Assembly: GCA_037201605.1 (NCBI GenBank)
Contig: JBBCGM010000002.1
Coordinates: 80,697-144,696, forward strand
Reading direction: 5' to 3'
Origin: Candidatus Moraniibacteriota bacterium
GTDB taxonomy: Bacteria; Patescibacteriota; Minisyncoccia; Moranbacterales; UBA1568
DNA length: 64,000 nucleotides
Each line of letters starts with the position of its first letter. Position 1 is the first letter of the stretch. Below, piece by piece: positions 1-9,565 of this stretch. A program made the translations under genes and the position numbers. Under the pieces are notes generated by a model that was given only the letters and a program-made list of their open reading frames with translations, searched no databases and was not told the origin of the DNA.

Positions 1-135
1 ATCATTCTCGATATGATCATGGACAAAGTGACGGTACCGGCACGAGTATCAGTCATCGACCGCTCAAATCTCGAATATTCCGCGATCATTGGAAAAAGAA
101 ACCTCTCCCGCTTTCTCATTGATGTTAATAAATAA
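1..135 (+). CDS. 3' end of an unidentified CDS (start outside window)
   Basis: Frame 1 is open from the window edge to TAA at 133-135 (...SAIIGKRNLSRFLIDVNK*). No diagnostic motif. Confidence 0.3.
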   Translation: MILDMIMDKVTVPARVSVIDRSNLEYSAIIGKRNLSRFLIDVNK

Positions 136-139
136 TCAG

Positions 140-1153
140 ATGACTTCTCAGCACATAAAGATCCTTGGAATCTCTACCACCAAGAACTCGCAGAAATACT
201 ATTTTCTCCTTGCCGCCGAAAAGTTCGGACTCCAAGTAAGAGAGCTGGAGAAGCTGCCTCGCATGCAGGATGGCGTTCTCAAAGAAAGAACTGTCATGCA
301 GGTAAGTAATGGAAGAAAGTTCATTCTTATACTGGGGGCGACCACTTCTCAGACGAGCTATGTCGGGATGAAAATCGCCGTAAACAAAGTGGCGACAAAC
401 AATATTTTCAGAAAATCCGGTCTGCCGACTACCGAACAGGTCGTCATCCATTCCGAAGAAGATCTTGCGCTCGCGCTTTCCCGTTTTGGAAAAATTATTA
501 TTAAACCGGCAGACTCCCGCGCCGGTAAAGGCATCTTCAGCAACATCAGCACCCTGAAAAAAGCGATTTCCGTCTATAAGACTCTGAAAAAAAAGTACTC
601 TATCATCCTGGCCGAGAAAATCCTCGAAGGGAAAGAGTATCGCATTCTCGTCATCAATCGCAAAGTCTTCGCGGTAGCCGAATACGTTCCGCCCTCAATC
701 ACGGGCGACGGTATCCATACCATTCTCTCCCTTATTGAGAAAGAAAATGAAAAGAAAGTGGCCTTGCAAAAAGACTACCTTATAAAAATAAATGCCGCCC
801 TCAGGCTGAATTTGAAGTCACTCGGACTGCATAAAAATTCCATCCTTCCTCTCGGCAAAAGCATCATTCTGCATAAGGCGGCTCCTGTATCAAACGGCGG
901 GTACACCATCGATGTAACGAGTAAAATCCATCCGGAGAATATACGGGTAGCTGAAGACGCTGCTATGCTTATTAATCTCGATATAGCTGGAATCGATGTC
1001 ATGCTTCCTGATATAGGCAGGCCTTTTTCAGAGGGGGGCGGTGCCATAATCGAAATTAACGGTGGTCCGGATTTTGACGTACACTTCAGCGTGGATGAAG
1101 GCCACTCAAAAAACGGCGCTGAGGCCGTGTTTCAAGACTACTTTGATCTCTAG
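140..1153 (+). CDS. ATP-grasp ligase, cyanophycin-synthetase/RimK-like ATP-grasp domain
   Basis: ORF 89..1153; first ATG after the upstream stop is 140. Motifs IIKPADSRAGKGIF, EYRILVINRKVFAV, GGYTIDVT..HPEN and DIAGIDVM..GGAIIEINGGPDF. Confidence 0.7.
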   Translation: MTSQHIKILGISTTKNSQKYYFLLAAEKFGLQVRELEKLPRMQDGVLKERTVMQVSNGRKFILILGATTSQTSYVGMKIAVNKVATNNIFRKSGLPTTEQVVIHSEEDLALALSRFGKIIIKPADSRAGKGIFSNISTLKKAISVYKTLKKKYSIILAEKILEGKEYRILVINRKVFAVAEYVPPSITGDGIHTILSLIEKENEKKVALQKDYLIKINAALRLNLKSLGLHKNSILPLGKSIILHKAAPVSNGGYTIDVTSKIHPENIRVAEDAAMLINLDIAGIDVMLPDIGRPFSEGGGAIIEINGGPDFDVHFSVDEGHSKNGAEAVFQDYFDL

Positions 1154-1158
1154 GGATT

Positions 1159-2397
1159 ATGAAGCGGGGGCAAGTAGCGATTATCGGAAAAGCGACTCCG
1201 GAACTCGTCCGAGAAATCAGAAGGCAAAATTTAGAACCCATCCTTTTCAGCGTCCGTAAGAAAAAATCTCGTAATGGGATCTCTTCTTACTCTGTTGATA
1301 TGCGCTCTAAGAAAGCGCTTTTTGCTTCTTTAAAAAAATGTGGACACCTCCGTGTCTGGGCTGCCGTAGCGGTTTATGAGCACTTTATTCTCGTCCAACA
1401 TTGGGTTTCCGAATACTTCCATCTCCCCTTTTCCCCGGAAGCGTCAATCGAGGCATCTACCGACAAGAGACTCATGCGCGAACTTTTTTTCAAACACGCG
1501 CCCCACACTACTCCGCGTTTTCAGGAAATAAAGAACGAGAAAGACTTAGTGATGTTTTCCCAAAAGTTCTCATTCCCACTCATTCTCAAGCCTGCGAACC
1601 TTACCAAAAGTCTCCTCATTTCAAAGAGTGCGTCTCTCGATGAGCTTTTAAAAAATTATCGGTACACTAAAAAAAAGATTCGAGACGTCTACAAGAGGGA
1701 GGGAAGCCTGCGAACACCCAAGATTCTTGTGGAAGAATTCCTAGAAGGCTCTTTCCATTCTCTGGCAGCGTTTGTGGATAGCCGGGGTTCCATGACGCTT
1801 CTTCCTCCAGTCGATCTAGTGACAGCTCATGAACTTAGCAAAGACGATACGTACATATTTGGGCGCAGGCTTCCTTCAAAACTTACCCGAAAAGAAGAGG
1901 CTCTCTCAAGGAAGATGGCCGAAGCAGCCATCTCGGCCCTCGGCCTCCGAAATTCCGCAGCCCATGTGGAATTCGTGTATACGCAAAGCGGCCCAAAGGT
2001 TATCGAGATCGGGGCACGCATCGGCGGGTACCGCCCCTATCTTTATAGGACAACCTACGGATTGAATATTCTCAAATACCAAATTGATCTTGCACACGGA
2101 AAACCTACTCCCCCTAGACCAAGCCGGCCGGCAGAGTTCAGCGCTGTTTTAGAGATATTTCCTGAAGAGGAAGGTGTACTCCACTCAATACATTTCCTCA
2201 GAAAAGCTGCAGGGAGAGAAAGTGTCCGTTCTATCAATCGAAAGAGGGCTGTCGGGGAGCGCGTAGGGCCGGCAAAAAAAGGTTTTCGTGCCTGCGCGAT
2301 CATCTTCTTAGCTTCCCCTAAAAAAACTACCCTTGAAAAAGACGTGGACTTTATCCAAACCCACGTAAAGGTACGCTTGAAGCGTCCAAAAGGCTGA
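1159..2397 (+). CDS. ATP-grasp domain carboxylate-amine ligase
   Basis: 412-aa ORF starting 5 nt after the previous stop. Motifs PLILKPANLTKSLLISKS, LVEEFLEG and AAHVEFVYTQSGPKVIEIGARIGG. Confidence 0.7.
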   Translation: MKRGQVAIIGKATPELVREIRRQNLEPILFSVRKKKSRNGISSYSVDMRSKKALFASLKKCGHLRVWAAVAVYEHFILVQHWVSEYFHLPFSPEASIEASTDKRLMRELFFKHAPHTTPRFQEIKNEKDLVMFSQKFSFPLILKPANLTKSLLISKSASLDELLKNYRYTKKKIRDVYKREGSLRTPKILVEEFLEGSFHSLAAFVDSRGSMTLLPPVDLVTAHELSKDDTYIFGRRLPSKLTRKEEALSRKMAEAAISALGLRNSAAHVEFVYTQSGPKVIEIGARIGGYRPYLYRTTYGLNILKYQIDLAHGKPTPPRPSRPAEFSAVLEIFPEEEGVLHSIHFLRKAAGRESVRSINRKRAVGERVGPAKKGFRACAIIFLASPKKTTLEKDVDFIQTHVKVRLKRPKG

Positions 2398-2449
2398 GTC
2401 AAAAAAGAACTCCACGTCCCTTCTCTTTTTCTCTTTTTCATGGTATATA

Positions 2450-5035
2450 GTGAAGACACTTGTCTTATACTCCGCTATGAAATTATGGCGTAAGAAAAGG
2501 AAAATTCCTCGCCTCTCTGCGGAAAGCGGTCGTTTTTCCGTGAAAAATTGGCGGGACTGGAACTGGCCAAAAATCCGCAAATATACCCTCTGGGGAGGCG
2601 GGGCTGGGTTTTTGCTTCTGTCTGCCCTTTTTCTATACGTAGCGAAAGATTTGCCGGATCCCAAGAACATCCATAAACGCGTGGTGGCCCAGTCTACCAA
2701 GATCTATGACCGTACCGGCGAGCACCTTCTCTATGACGTGCACGGCGAAGAACGGCGTACCGTCATCCCTTTTTCCGAAATGCCGGAAAATGTACGGGCT
2801 GCTACCATCGCTCTTGAAGACCAGAATTTCTACCATCACTTTGGCATCCAGCCCAAAGCTATCCTCCGAGCGCTCCTCAAGGACATCGTGGCCTTCGATA
2901 CGGCTCAGGGCGCTTCGACCATCACACAGCAATTCGTCAAGAATTCCCTTCTTTCCAACGAAAGCACCTTTACGCGTAAGGCCAAGGAAGCCATTCTCTC
3001 AATCGAGCTAGAGACGCTTTATTCCAAAGACGAGATTCTGGAATTCTATCTCAATGAAATCCCTTACGGCCAAAATGCTTACGGCATTGAGGCGGCCTCG
3101 CAGACATTTTTCGGCAAGTCCGCGCGCGACCTCACGCTCGACGAAGCAGCGGTGCTCGCGTCCATGCCCCGAGGCACGACCTACTATTCCCCATACAGCC
3201 ATCCGGACCGCTTGGTAGGCCGGAAGGATTATGCCCTCCAGCAGATGGCTAAGCTCGGCTACATTACGGAAGAACAGGCTGAGCAGGCAACAGCGGTTGA
3301 TACCCTGGCCAAATTGCAGCCGCAAAAGGACCTGATTGCAGCGCCCCATTTTGTTATGTTCATCAAGGATTATCTCCAGCAAAAATACGGGGATCAGGCC
3401 ATTGAACAAAACGGTTATAAGGTGATCACGACGCTCGACTGGGACAAGCAACAGGCGGCGGAAGAGGCCGTCAAGAAGGGTGCGGAAAATAACAAACGTT
3501 GGAAGGCCGAGAATGCCGCCTTAGTCGCTATGGATCCGAAAACCGGCCAGCTACTTGCCATGGTTGGGTCCAAAGACTACTTTGACACGACTATCGACGG
3601 ACAGGTGAATATTTCGGTCACCAACCAACAGCCGGGCTCTTCATTCAAGCCCTATGTCTACCTGACTGCCTTTAGCAAGGGCTACCTGCCAGAAACCATG
3701 CTCTACGACACGGAAACTGAGTTCGCGACCGGCGGAGCTGATTCATACAAACCGCAAAACTATAACGGGCAGTTCAACGGTCCGATCCAAATGAAGCGGG
3801 CGCTTGGCGGCTCGCTCAATGTGCCGGCCGTCAAGACCCTGTACCTAGCCGGCGTCGAAGACTCCGTCACTCTGGCCCATTCCCTTGGCATTACGGGCAT
3901 CCAAGATCCTAAGCGTGTCGGCCTGTCACTTGTTTTGGGCGGAGGCGACGTCACGCTCCTCGACCACGTACACGCCAATGCAACACTTGCAACCGGCGGG
4001 ATTTATCGCGACCAGACCGCTATCTTGCGTATTGAAGATTCTTCAGGCGAAGTCGTCGAGGAATTCAAGCCGTCCAGCGGCAAACGCGTGGTTGAAGAAA
4101 AGTATATTGCCATGCTTGATTCCATTCTTTCAAATAACGAGAATCGCGCCTGGATCTTCGGCGAGAATTCCCCCCTGCGCTTCGATAATCGCCAAGTAGC
4201 AGCCAAAACCGGTACTACTAATGAGTTCCGCGACGGCTGGACGCTCGGCTACACCCCCTCGCTTGCAGTCGGTGTTTGGGCCGGAAACAACGATAACACT
4301 CCGATGGCCGAAGGCGCAGACGGCGTAAATGTCGCGGCGCCTATTTGGCGCGCCTTCTTGGATAAGACGCTCACCAACTACGCAATCGAAGAATTCCCGA
4401 AGTATAATCCAGACGATGAGATCGGCGAGGGAGATGGGAAAACGAACAAACCCATGCTCGCCGGCAAACTGGAGGAAGAAAAAGACATCAAAGTCTGCGA
4501 GCTTCCTGATCACGATGGCGAATACTGCCTAGCGAATAAGTACTGCCCGGAAGATGAAGAGGATGAGAAGGATTTTGTGAGCACTCACGATATTCTCTAC
4601 TATGTCAATCGGGAAGATCCGAGAGGAGCAGCCCCTAAGGATCCGAAGAGTGATCCCGAGTACGAGAATTTTGAAAAAGGTGTCCAGGAATGGTACAAAA
4701 AACAGGGCAAAAAAGAGGGTGGCGAGGTGCCTCGGGACGAATGTGACTCGGATGACTTCGATGACTACAAACCGGATATCGATATCACAACTTCCGGAGA
4801 AGCCTCGAGTTCCTCACTTAAGCTCTCGGTCAAAGTAGACGCTCCTTACGGGGTGAAAAAGGTGAGTTATCGCGTCGATGGCGATGATGCTGGTTCGAGT
4901 GATTCAAAGCCCTACTCAGTGAACTATTCTCTCTCCGACAGTAAAAATAACTCCACCGTTACGATAGAGGCCAAAATTGAGGATAAGAACGGGAACACCG
5001 CGACGGACAAAAAAGACGTACGCGTCCGTTTCTAA
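2450..5035 (+). CDS. Class A penicillin-binding protein (glycosyltransferase + transpeptidase) with long acidic / Ig-like C-terminal extension
   Basis: GT51 motifs EDQNFYHHFG and RKAKE. Transpeptidase SxxK (SSFKP), SxN (SLN) and KTG (KTGT). N-terminal TM helix. Alternative start at 2477. Confidence 0.9.
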   Translation: MKTLVLYSAMKLWRKKRKIPRLSAESGRFSVKNWRDWNWPKIRKYTLWGGGAGFLLLSALFLYVAKDLPDPKNIHKRVVAQSTKIYDRTGEHLLYDVHGEERRTVIPFSEMPENVRAATIALEDQNFYHHFGIQPKAILRALLKDIVAFDTAQGASTITQQFVKNSLLSNESTFTRKAKEAILSIELETLYSKDEILEFYLNEIPYGQNAYGIEAASQTFFGKSARDLTLDEAAVLASMPRGTTYYSPYSHPDRLVGRKDYALQQMAKLGYITEEQAEQATAVDTLAKLQPQKDLIAAPHFVMFIKDYLQQKYGDQAIEQNGYKVITTLDWDKQQAAEEAVKKGAENNKRWKAENAALVAMDPKTGQLLAMVGSKDYFDTTIDGQVNISVTNQQPGSSFKPYVYLTAFSKGYLPETMLYDTETEFATGGADSYKPQNYNGQFNGPIQMKRALGGSLNVPAVKTLYLAGVEDSVTLAHSLGITGIQDPKRVGLSLVLGGGDVTLLDHVHANATLATGGIYRDQTAILRIEDSSGEVVEEFKPSSGKRVVEEKYIAMLDSILSNNENRAWIFGENSPLRFDNRQVAAKTGTTNEFRDGWTLGYTPSLAVGVWAGNNDNTPMAEGADGVNVAAPIWRAFLDKTLTNYAIEEFPKYNPDDEIGEGDGKTNKPMLAGKLEEEKDIKVCELPDHDGEYCLANKYCPEDEEDEKDFVSTHDILYYVNREDPRGAAPKDPKSDPEYENFEKGVQEWYKKQGKKEGGEVPRDECDSDDFDDYKPDIDITTSGEASSSSLKLSVKVDAPYGVKKVSYRVDGDDAGSSDSKPYSVNYSLSDSKNNSTVTIEAKIEDKNGNTATDKKDVRVRF

Positions 5036-5042
5036 TAAAGAC

Positions 5043-5336
5043 TTAGGAGAAGGAGATCTTGATATCTTTGACAACCTCTTCGCCCAACTCACTATTGAGA
5101 TTGGCGAGGAGGTTTTCTTTTTGAAGCATGATCTCGGTACGCCACAAAGAGCTTGGGGACTGAAGATAGAGAGCGCCTTCTGAGAAACGTTTGGCGAGTA
5201 TTTTTTGCGCCCCTTGCTCACCGAAGGCGCCCTTCAATACGCGCGAGAAAAGAAAAAGGATGGTCTGCTCATCAGGTGCAGTTTCTCTCGTATTTATTTT
5301 TCTCTTCTTTCGGAGAAGGTCTGACAGATTATGCAT
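5043..5336 (-). CDS. DciA-like (DUF721) small protein, putative helicase-loading factor
   Basis: Internal ATG at 5336 of ORF 5043..5477 overlaps the dnaN stop by 8 nt. C-terminus ...GALYLQSPSSLWRTEIMLQKENLLANLNSELGEEVVKDIKISF resembles the DUF721 pattern by eye. Confidence 0.5.
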   Translation of the reverse strand: MHNLSDLLRKKRKINTRETAPDEQTILFLFSRVLKGAFGEQGAQKILAKRFSEGALYLQSPSSLWRTEIMLQKENLLANLNSELGEEVVKDIKISFS

Positions 5337-6477
5337 ACTCTTTGCGAATCGGCATAAGGATATAGCGATAGTTCGTTGCCTTCTCTCCAGATTCAGAAAG
5401 GAGCACTGGGGTGGTTGGCGTGTTAGCGGAAAAGGTGATCTCTTCGCTGCGCAGGGCGCTGATCCCCTCCATAACATAGCGGGGATGAAAGACGAAGGTC
5501 ATCGGTTCTTCGCCCTTACTTGCTTTGAGAGGAAAAATACTCGTATTGTCGCCAATTTCTTTGGACTGAGAAAGGATGGTAGCTGTTTCCTTTTTAGGAT
5601 CAAGCACTAAGGCAATCTCGCCGCTTACAAAGGATGAGAGGCCTGAGGCGATCTTGAGAGCGCGGATACAATCATCTTTGCGCAACACGACCTCAAGACC
5701 GAATTTTTCCGGAATAATCTGGTGATAATCGGGGTAACGGCCATTAATGAGACGGGAGACGAGACGGACATTTTCTGCTTCAAAGAAAATTTGGTTTTCC
5801 TCGAGAGCTATCTGAAGAGATTCTGTTTCTGTGCCAATAACGCGCATCAGCTCTTGAATAGTCGCGGTTGGAAGGATAAGTGATGGATTTTCCTCTCGAA
5901 AGTTTTTGTAACCAATTGCTGGTTTTTCCAGCGGAAGAATCTCCTGCCCAAGACGAAAACTATCTGTCGCAGCCACTTCTATTTGCCGCTCACCAAAAGC
6001 TATATGCACACCACTCAGTTCAGGGCGAGATTCATTAGTACTGACACAGAAAAGAAGTCTCGCTAAAGCCGCTTTCAACTCCTGAGCCGGCAAAGAGAAA
6101 GGAAATTCTTTTTTATATTCAGGAATAATCGGGAAATCCTGACCGTCCAGAACCTTGATATTGAGCGTATACCCCCCTGAAGTGAGTTTAAGGTACCCCT
6201 GAGAGGATTCAAGGGTAATAACCTCTCCTTGGGGCAAATTATGCACAAATTGAGCCAGTACCTTGGCTGGAACAGCAAGTTTTCCTTCGGATTCGATTTT
6301 CGCTCCCACACCTACCATAATACCAATCTCTAAATTGGTAGCTGAAAGCTTTAAGCGCCCTTTCTGTGTTTCGAAAAGAATATTACTGAGAATAGGAAGT
6401 GACATCTGCTTCCCAACAACACGATCAAGAGCGAGAAGGGCATTTGAGAGGTTTTCTTGAGTACAAAGAAGTTTCAT
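5329..6477 (-). CDS. dnaN: DNA polymerase III beta sliding clamp
   Basis: 382-aa ORF directly downstream of dnaA. N-terminus MKLLCTQENLSNAL...LPILSNILFE...LKLSATNLE is typical of beta clamps. Confidence 0.9.
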   Translation of the reverse strand: MKLLCTQENLSNALLALDRVVGKQMSLPILSNILFETQKGRLKLSATNLEIGIMVGVGAKIESEGKLAVPAKVLAQFVHNLPQGEVITLESSQGYLKLTSGGYTLNIKVLDGQDFPIIPEYKKEFPFSLPAQELKAALARLLFCVSTNESRPELSGVHIAFGERQIEVAATDSFRLGQEILPLEKPAIGYKNFREENPSLILPTATIQELMRVIGTETESLQIALEENQIFFEAENVRLVSRLINGRYPDYHQIIPEKFGLEVVLRKDDCIRALKIASGLSSFVSGEIALVLDPKKETATILSQSKEIGDNTSIFPLKASKGEEPMTFVFHPRYVMEGISALRSEEITFSANTPTTPVLLSESGEKATNYRYILMPIRKEYA

Positions 6478-6737
6478 AGGGTTTAAGTTAAGTTCTTCTC
6501 TTCTTATTTAAAATTTATTATTACTATTAGGGTAGTGGATATTGGGATAAGTCCCCAGAATGCCTTTGCTAAGGCAATTTTATTGAAGATACTCTGGGGA
6601 AAGAAAAAGGAAAGGAGATGTATTTTTGTACAAAAGTCACTTTTTTAATAGGAGGTTCTTTTTTGTGCACACATCCATACTTTTTGTACAAGGCTTATCC
6701 AATAAAAACCCATCGCTTATACAGGCTTATCCACACT
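6478..6737. promoter_or_regulatory. Candidate oriC segment (dnaA-dnaN intergenic): DnaA boxes plus AT-rich tract
   Basis: Perfect TTATCCACA at 6727-6735. Near-matches are TTATCCAAT (6695-6703), AGTGGATAT (6534-6542) and TGGGATAAG (6543-6551). AT-rich run at about 6500-6530. Confidence 0.6.
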
Positions 6738-8160
6738 TTAGGAGTAGTACAGGCGTTCCTGAACTGTCGAAACCTCCTCATTGACGCGGGAGCTGGTATT
6801 TTTGAGGGCATCAATTTTTTCAAAAGCGTGCAAAGCTGTTGTATGGTCGCGCCCACCTAAAAGCGCGCCGATGCTTGAAAATGGCATCTTGAGTTCTTGA
6901 CGCAGCAGATACATCATGACTTGGCGCGGATAGGAAATCTCCTTTTTTCTTCCCTTCTTGATCAAATCTTCTTTTGAAACGTTAAAGAATTCACCTATCA
7001 CCGAAAAAATATCTTCTGGACGGATATTCTTTTTATTATGCTCGATAATTTCTGAGAGAATCTTCTGGATGCTGGGGATATCCGGAGTAATCTTATGAAA
7101 TTCGGAATAGGCGATAACGCGATTGAGCGCCCCCTCCAATTCACGGATATTCTGATTAATATTCTCTGCGATATATTGAAGGGCCTTTTTCTCTATAAAG
7201 AAGCCCTTTTCAGCCACTTTTGACTCAAGAATAGCTAGGCGCGTCTCGAGACTGGGCCTACTGATATCAGTGATCATGCCGCCCTCAAAGCGTGAGCGCA
7301 GGCGCTCTTCCAGGGTCGCGATAGCCTTCGGTGGACGGTCACTGGAGATGACGATTTGCTTGTTAATTTGGTAGAGGGCATTAAAAATATGGAAAAATTC
7401 GTTCTGCGTCTTTTCTCTGCCCGAAAGGAACTGGACATCATCGATGATCAGGAGGTCCATCTGCTGATAGTACTCTTTAAAGAGGTCGATTTTCTGGTTT
7501 TTTATGGAATCGACTAGTTCTGTCGTAAAGCGCTCTGAAGTGATGTATTTGATACGTTTCTCCGGGTGGCTGAGGCTTACCTCATTTCCGATGGATTGAA
7601 GGAGGTGGGTTTTGCCTAAGCCGACACCTCCATAAATAAAGAGGGGGTTATAGCCTGCTCCGAGATTCTGGGAGACGGCATAGCAGGCCGCTCTCGCTAG
7701 CTCATTGTTTTCGGCTACGATAAAGTTATCAAAAGTGTAGCGAGTATTAAGATTTGATTCGTGGAAAGCTGGCTGAGAGAGGCCGTCCTCCATTCTAAAA
7801 ACAGGCTTTTCCAAGATCTTTTTTCGTACAAAGTCACCTTCTTGGAAGCTCTGAGGACTGTTTTTTTGGGCTCCCTCCTGCTGAATCAAGAGAAGGAGGT
7901 GCACTTGACCGTCGCTCTCCGGAAATAGAACAGCGCATTTCCCGGACCGAGGGGTCAAGGCTCTTAAGGGCCTTGAGAATATGCATGGAATACTTGTTTT
8001 CCAGCCATTCTTTTGCGAAACCATTAGGGACGCCTATAGTGACCACACCTCCCTTGTTTTCCAAAATAGAAGTATTTTTAAACCAGGTGACAAAATTGGC
8101 TTTAGAAAGGGAAAGTTCGATTTGTCCCAGCACAGCTTTCCATAAGTCCTGATTTTCCAT
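6738..8160 (-). CDS. dnaA: Chromosomal replication initiator DnaA (one frame break)
   Basis: N-terminal domain is in ORF 7834..8205 (MENQDLWKAVLGQIELSL...). The AAA+ and DNA-binding domains are in ORF 6738..8024 (GGVGLGKTHLL, LIIDDVQF, HTTALHA). The frames can be joined at the A7 run (T7 on + strand, 7861-7867). Confidence 0.9.
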
Positions 8161-8205
8161 AGCGAAAAGATGATAAAAAGGAGGCGGTGAAAGGCAGTAT
8201 AGCAC

Positions 8206-8264
8206 GGTGGATAAGTGTTCGCGAGGGCTTATTCAAGGCAAAAATGTGCATAAGGCGTGGATAA
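8206..8264. promoter_or_regulatory. Two DnaA-box matches in the dnaA/rpmH divergent intergenic region
   Basis: GGTGGATAA at 8206-8214 and GTGGATAA at 8257-8264, both the complement of TTATCCAC. Confidence 0.5.
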
Positions 8265-8284
8265 GTAGAGAAAGAAGCGAAGAG

Positions 8285-8313
8285 TTGACTTTTTGAGCTA
8301 ATTTCCCTACACT
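8285..8313 (+). promoter_or_regulatory. Sigma70-like promoter upstream of rpmH
   Basis: TTGACT (8285-8290), 17-nt spacer, TACACT (8308-8313). Confidence 0.4.
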
Positions 8314-8340
8314 AGAGAGACTTTGCATTCAAGATCTCCT

Positions 8341-8475
8341 ATGAAGAGAACCTACCAGCCGAAAACCAGGAAAAGAGCGCGCCGCCACGGCTTTCTGAAG
8401 CGTATGAGTACCGTGGGAGGTAAGCGCGTTATTGCCAGCCGGCGTCGTAAGGGCCGAAAAAAGCTCTCCGTTTAG
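8341..8475 (+). CDS. rpmH: 50S ribosomal protein L34
   Basis: Hand translation gives [44 protein letters not shown]. At 44 aa it is below the ORF-track cutoff. Confidence 0.95.
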   Translation: MKRTYQPKTRKRARRHGFLKRMSTVGGKRVIASRRRKGRKKLSV

Positions 8476-8485
8476 CGCTTTTTCC

Positions 8486-8827
8486 ATGTCTGAGTTACGG
8501 CCGCTTAGTGCCAAAGAGGATTTTGAAAGGGTTTTTCGTTACGGAAAAGCCCTTTTTTTGGGGGATTTATCCCTTAAATACGCCAAAACTCTCCCGGGCC
8601 AGAAAGCTATTAGACGCTTTTCTTTCGGAAAAAGCAAAGTTTTTCTTGCAAGTGACCGAAATCGTTTGCGCCGCACTCTTATAGGGGCTTTAGAGAGGAG
8701 TCAAAACCCCCTCTTCACGCAGTATGATATGATATTCTATGCGCCTAAAAAGCTCTCCAAAAAGCCAAAAATAGATCCAGAAGCCCTTATTTTAGCCCTC
8801 GGAGATGTTCTTGCCCGTCAAAAATAA
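8486..8827 (+). CDS. rnpA: RNase P protein component
   Basis: Follows rpmH. Internal ATG at 8486 of ORF 8432..8827 (MSELRPLSAKEDFERVFRYGKA...). Small basic protein with conserved synteny. Confidence 0.8.
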   Translation: MSELRPLSAKEDFERVFRYGKALFLGDLSLKYAKTLPGQKAIRRFSFGKSKVFLASDRNRLRRTLIGALERSQNPLFTQYDMIFYAPKKLSKKPKIDPEALILALGDVLARQK

Positions 8828-8832
8828 TACCT

Positions 8833-9561
8833 ATGCTCAGCCTTTTTCACACTTTTATCTCTCAGCCTCTCTATAACGCCCTCGTATTCCTCTACAATGT
8901 GGTTCCGGGTGGGGATTTCGGCATTGCCATTATCTTGACCACCATCCTCCTCAAGGTCCTCATGCTGCCCTTGTCCAAGAAGCAGATCGAGTCCCAGAAG
9001 AAAATGCAGGAGCTGCAGCCAAAAATGAAAGAAATTCAGGCTAAACACCGGGATAACAAGGAAGAGCAGACCAAGGCCCTGATGCAGCTCTATAAGGAAG
9101 AGCAGACCAATCCTTTCTCCGGCTGCTTGCCGCTTCTCGTGCAGATTGTTTTCCTAATCGCTATTTATCATGTCATTATCCGCATTTCTCAAGCCGCTTT
9201 CACTATCAATGGCAGCGAGCTTTACGCTTTTGTCGAAAATCCAGGTACGGTAAATCATCTGTTTCTCCATATTGTCGATCTGGCTCGTCCAAATATCCTT
9301 TTAGCTGCCCTGGCTGCCCTGGCCCAGTATTTCCAGACGAAGATGATGCTCCAGAACATCCCAACACCTGTCAAAAAAGAAGGTGCCTCAAAAGGCGAAC
9401 CTGATTTTGCGGCTATAATGAACAAGCAGATGCTCTACATTGCGCCTGCCATCACGCTCTTCATTGGCGCGACCTTCCCGGCTGCCCTCTCGCTCTACTG
9501 GCTTACCTCAACACTCTTCATGCTTTTCCAGCAGATTGTTATTTTCCGCAAGCAATCTTGA
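8833..9561 (+). CDS. yidC: Membrane protein insertase YidC (short form)
   Basis: 242-aa polytopic protein with PLSKKQIESQKKMQELQPKMKEIQ and NPFSGCLPLLVQ motifs, in rnpA-yidC synteny. Confidence 0.85.
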   Translation: MLSLFHTFISQPLYNALVFLYNVVPGGDFGIAIILTTILLKVLMLPLSKKQIESQKKMQELQPKMKEIQAKHRDNKEEQTKALMQLYKEEQTNPFSGCLPLLVQIVFLIAIYHVIIRISQAAFTINGSELYAFVENPGTVNHLFLHIVDLARPNILLAALAALAQYFQTKMMLQNIPTPVKKEGASKGEPDFAAIMNKQMLYIAPAITLFIGATFPAALSLYWLTSTLFMLFQQIVIFRKQS

Positions 9562-9565
9562 ACCT

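Noticed and set aside
6738-8160. dnaA as a genuine pseudogene, or programmed frameshifting in the broken housekeeping genes
   Set aside because: The dnaA break can be placed at an A7 homopolymer, and several of the other breaks I could localise also fall at short mononucleotide runs. Dozens of essential genes cannot all be inactive. I noticed no slippery-heptamer plus stimulatory-structure pattern. Assembly indel error is the parsimonious reading.
8329-8514. Minus-strand 61-aa ORF
   Set aside because: It is antisense to rpmH (L34), which translates perfectly on the plus strand at 8341-8475.
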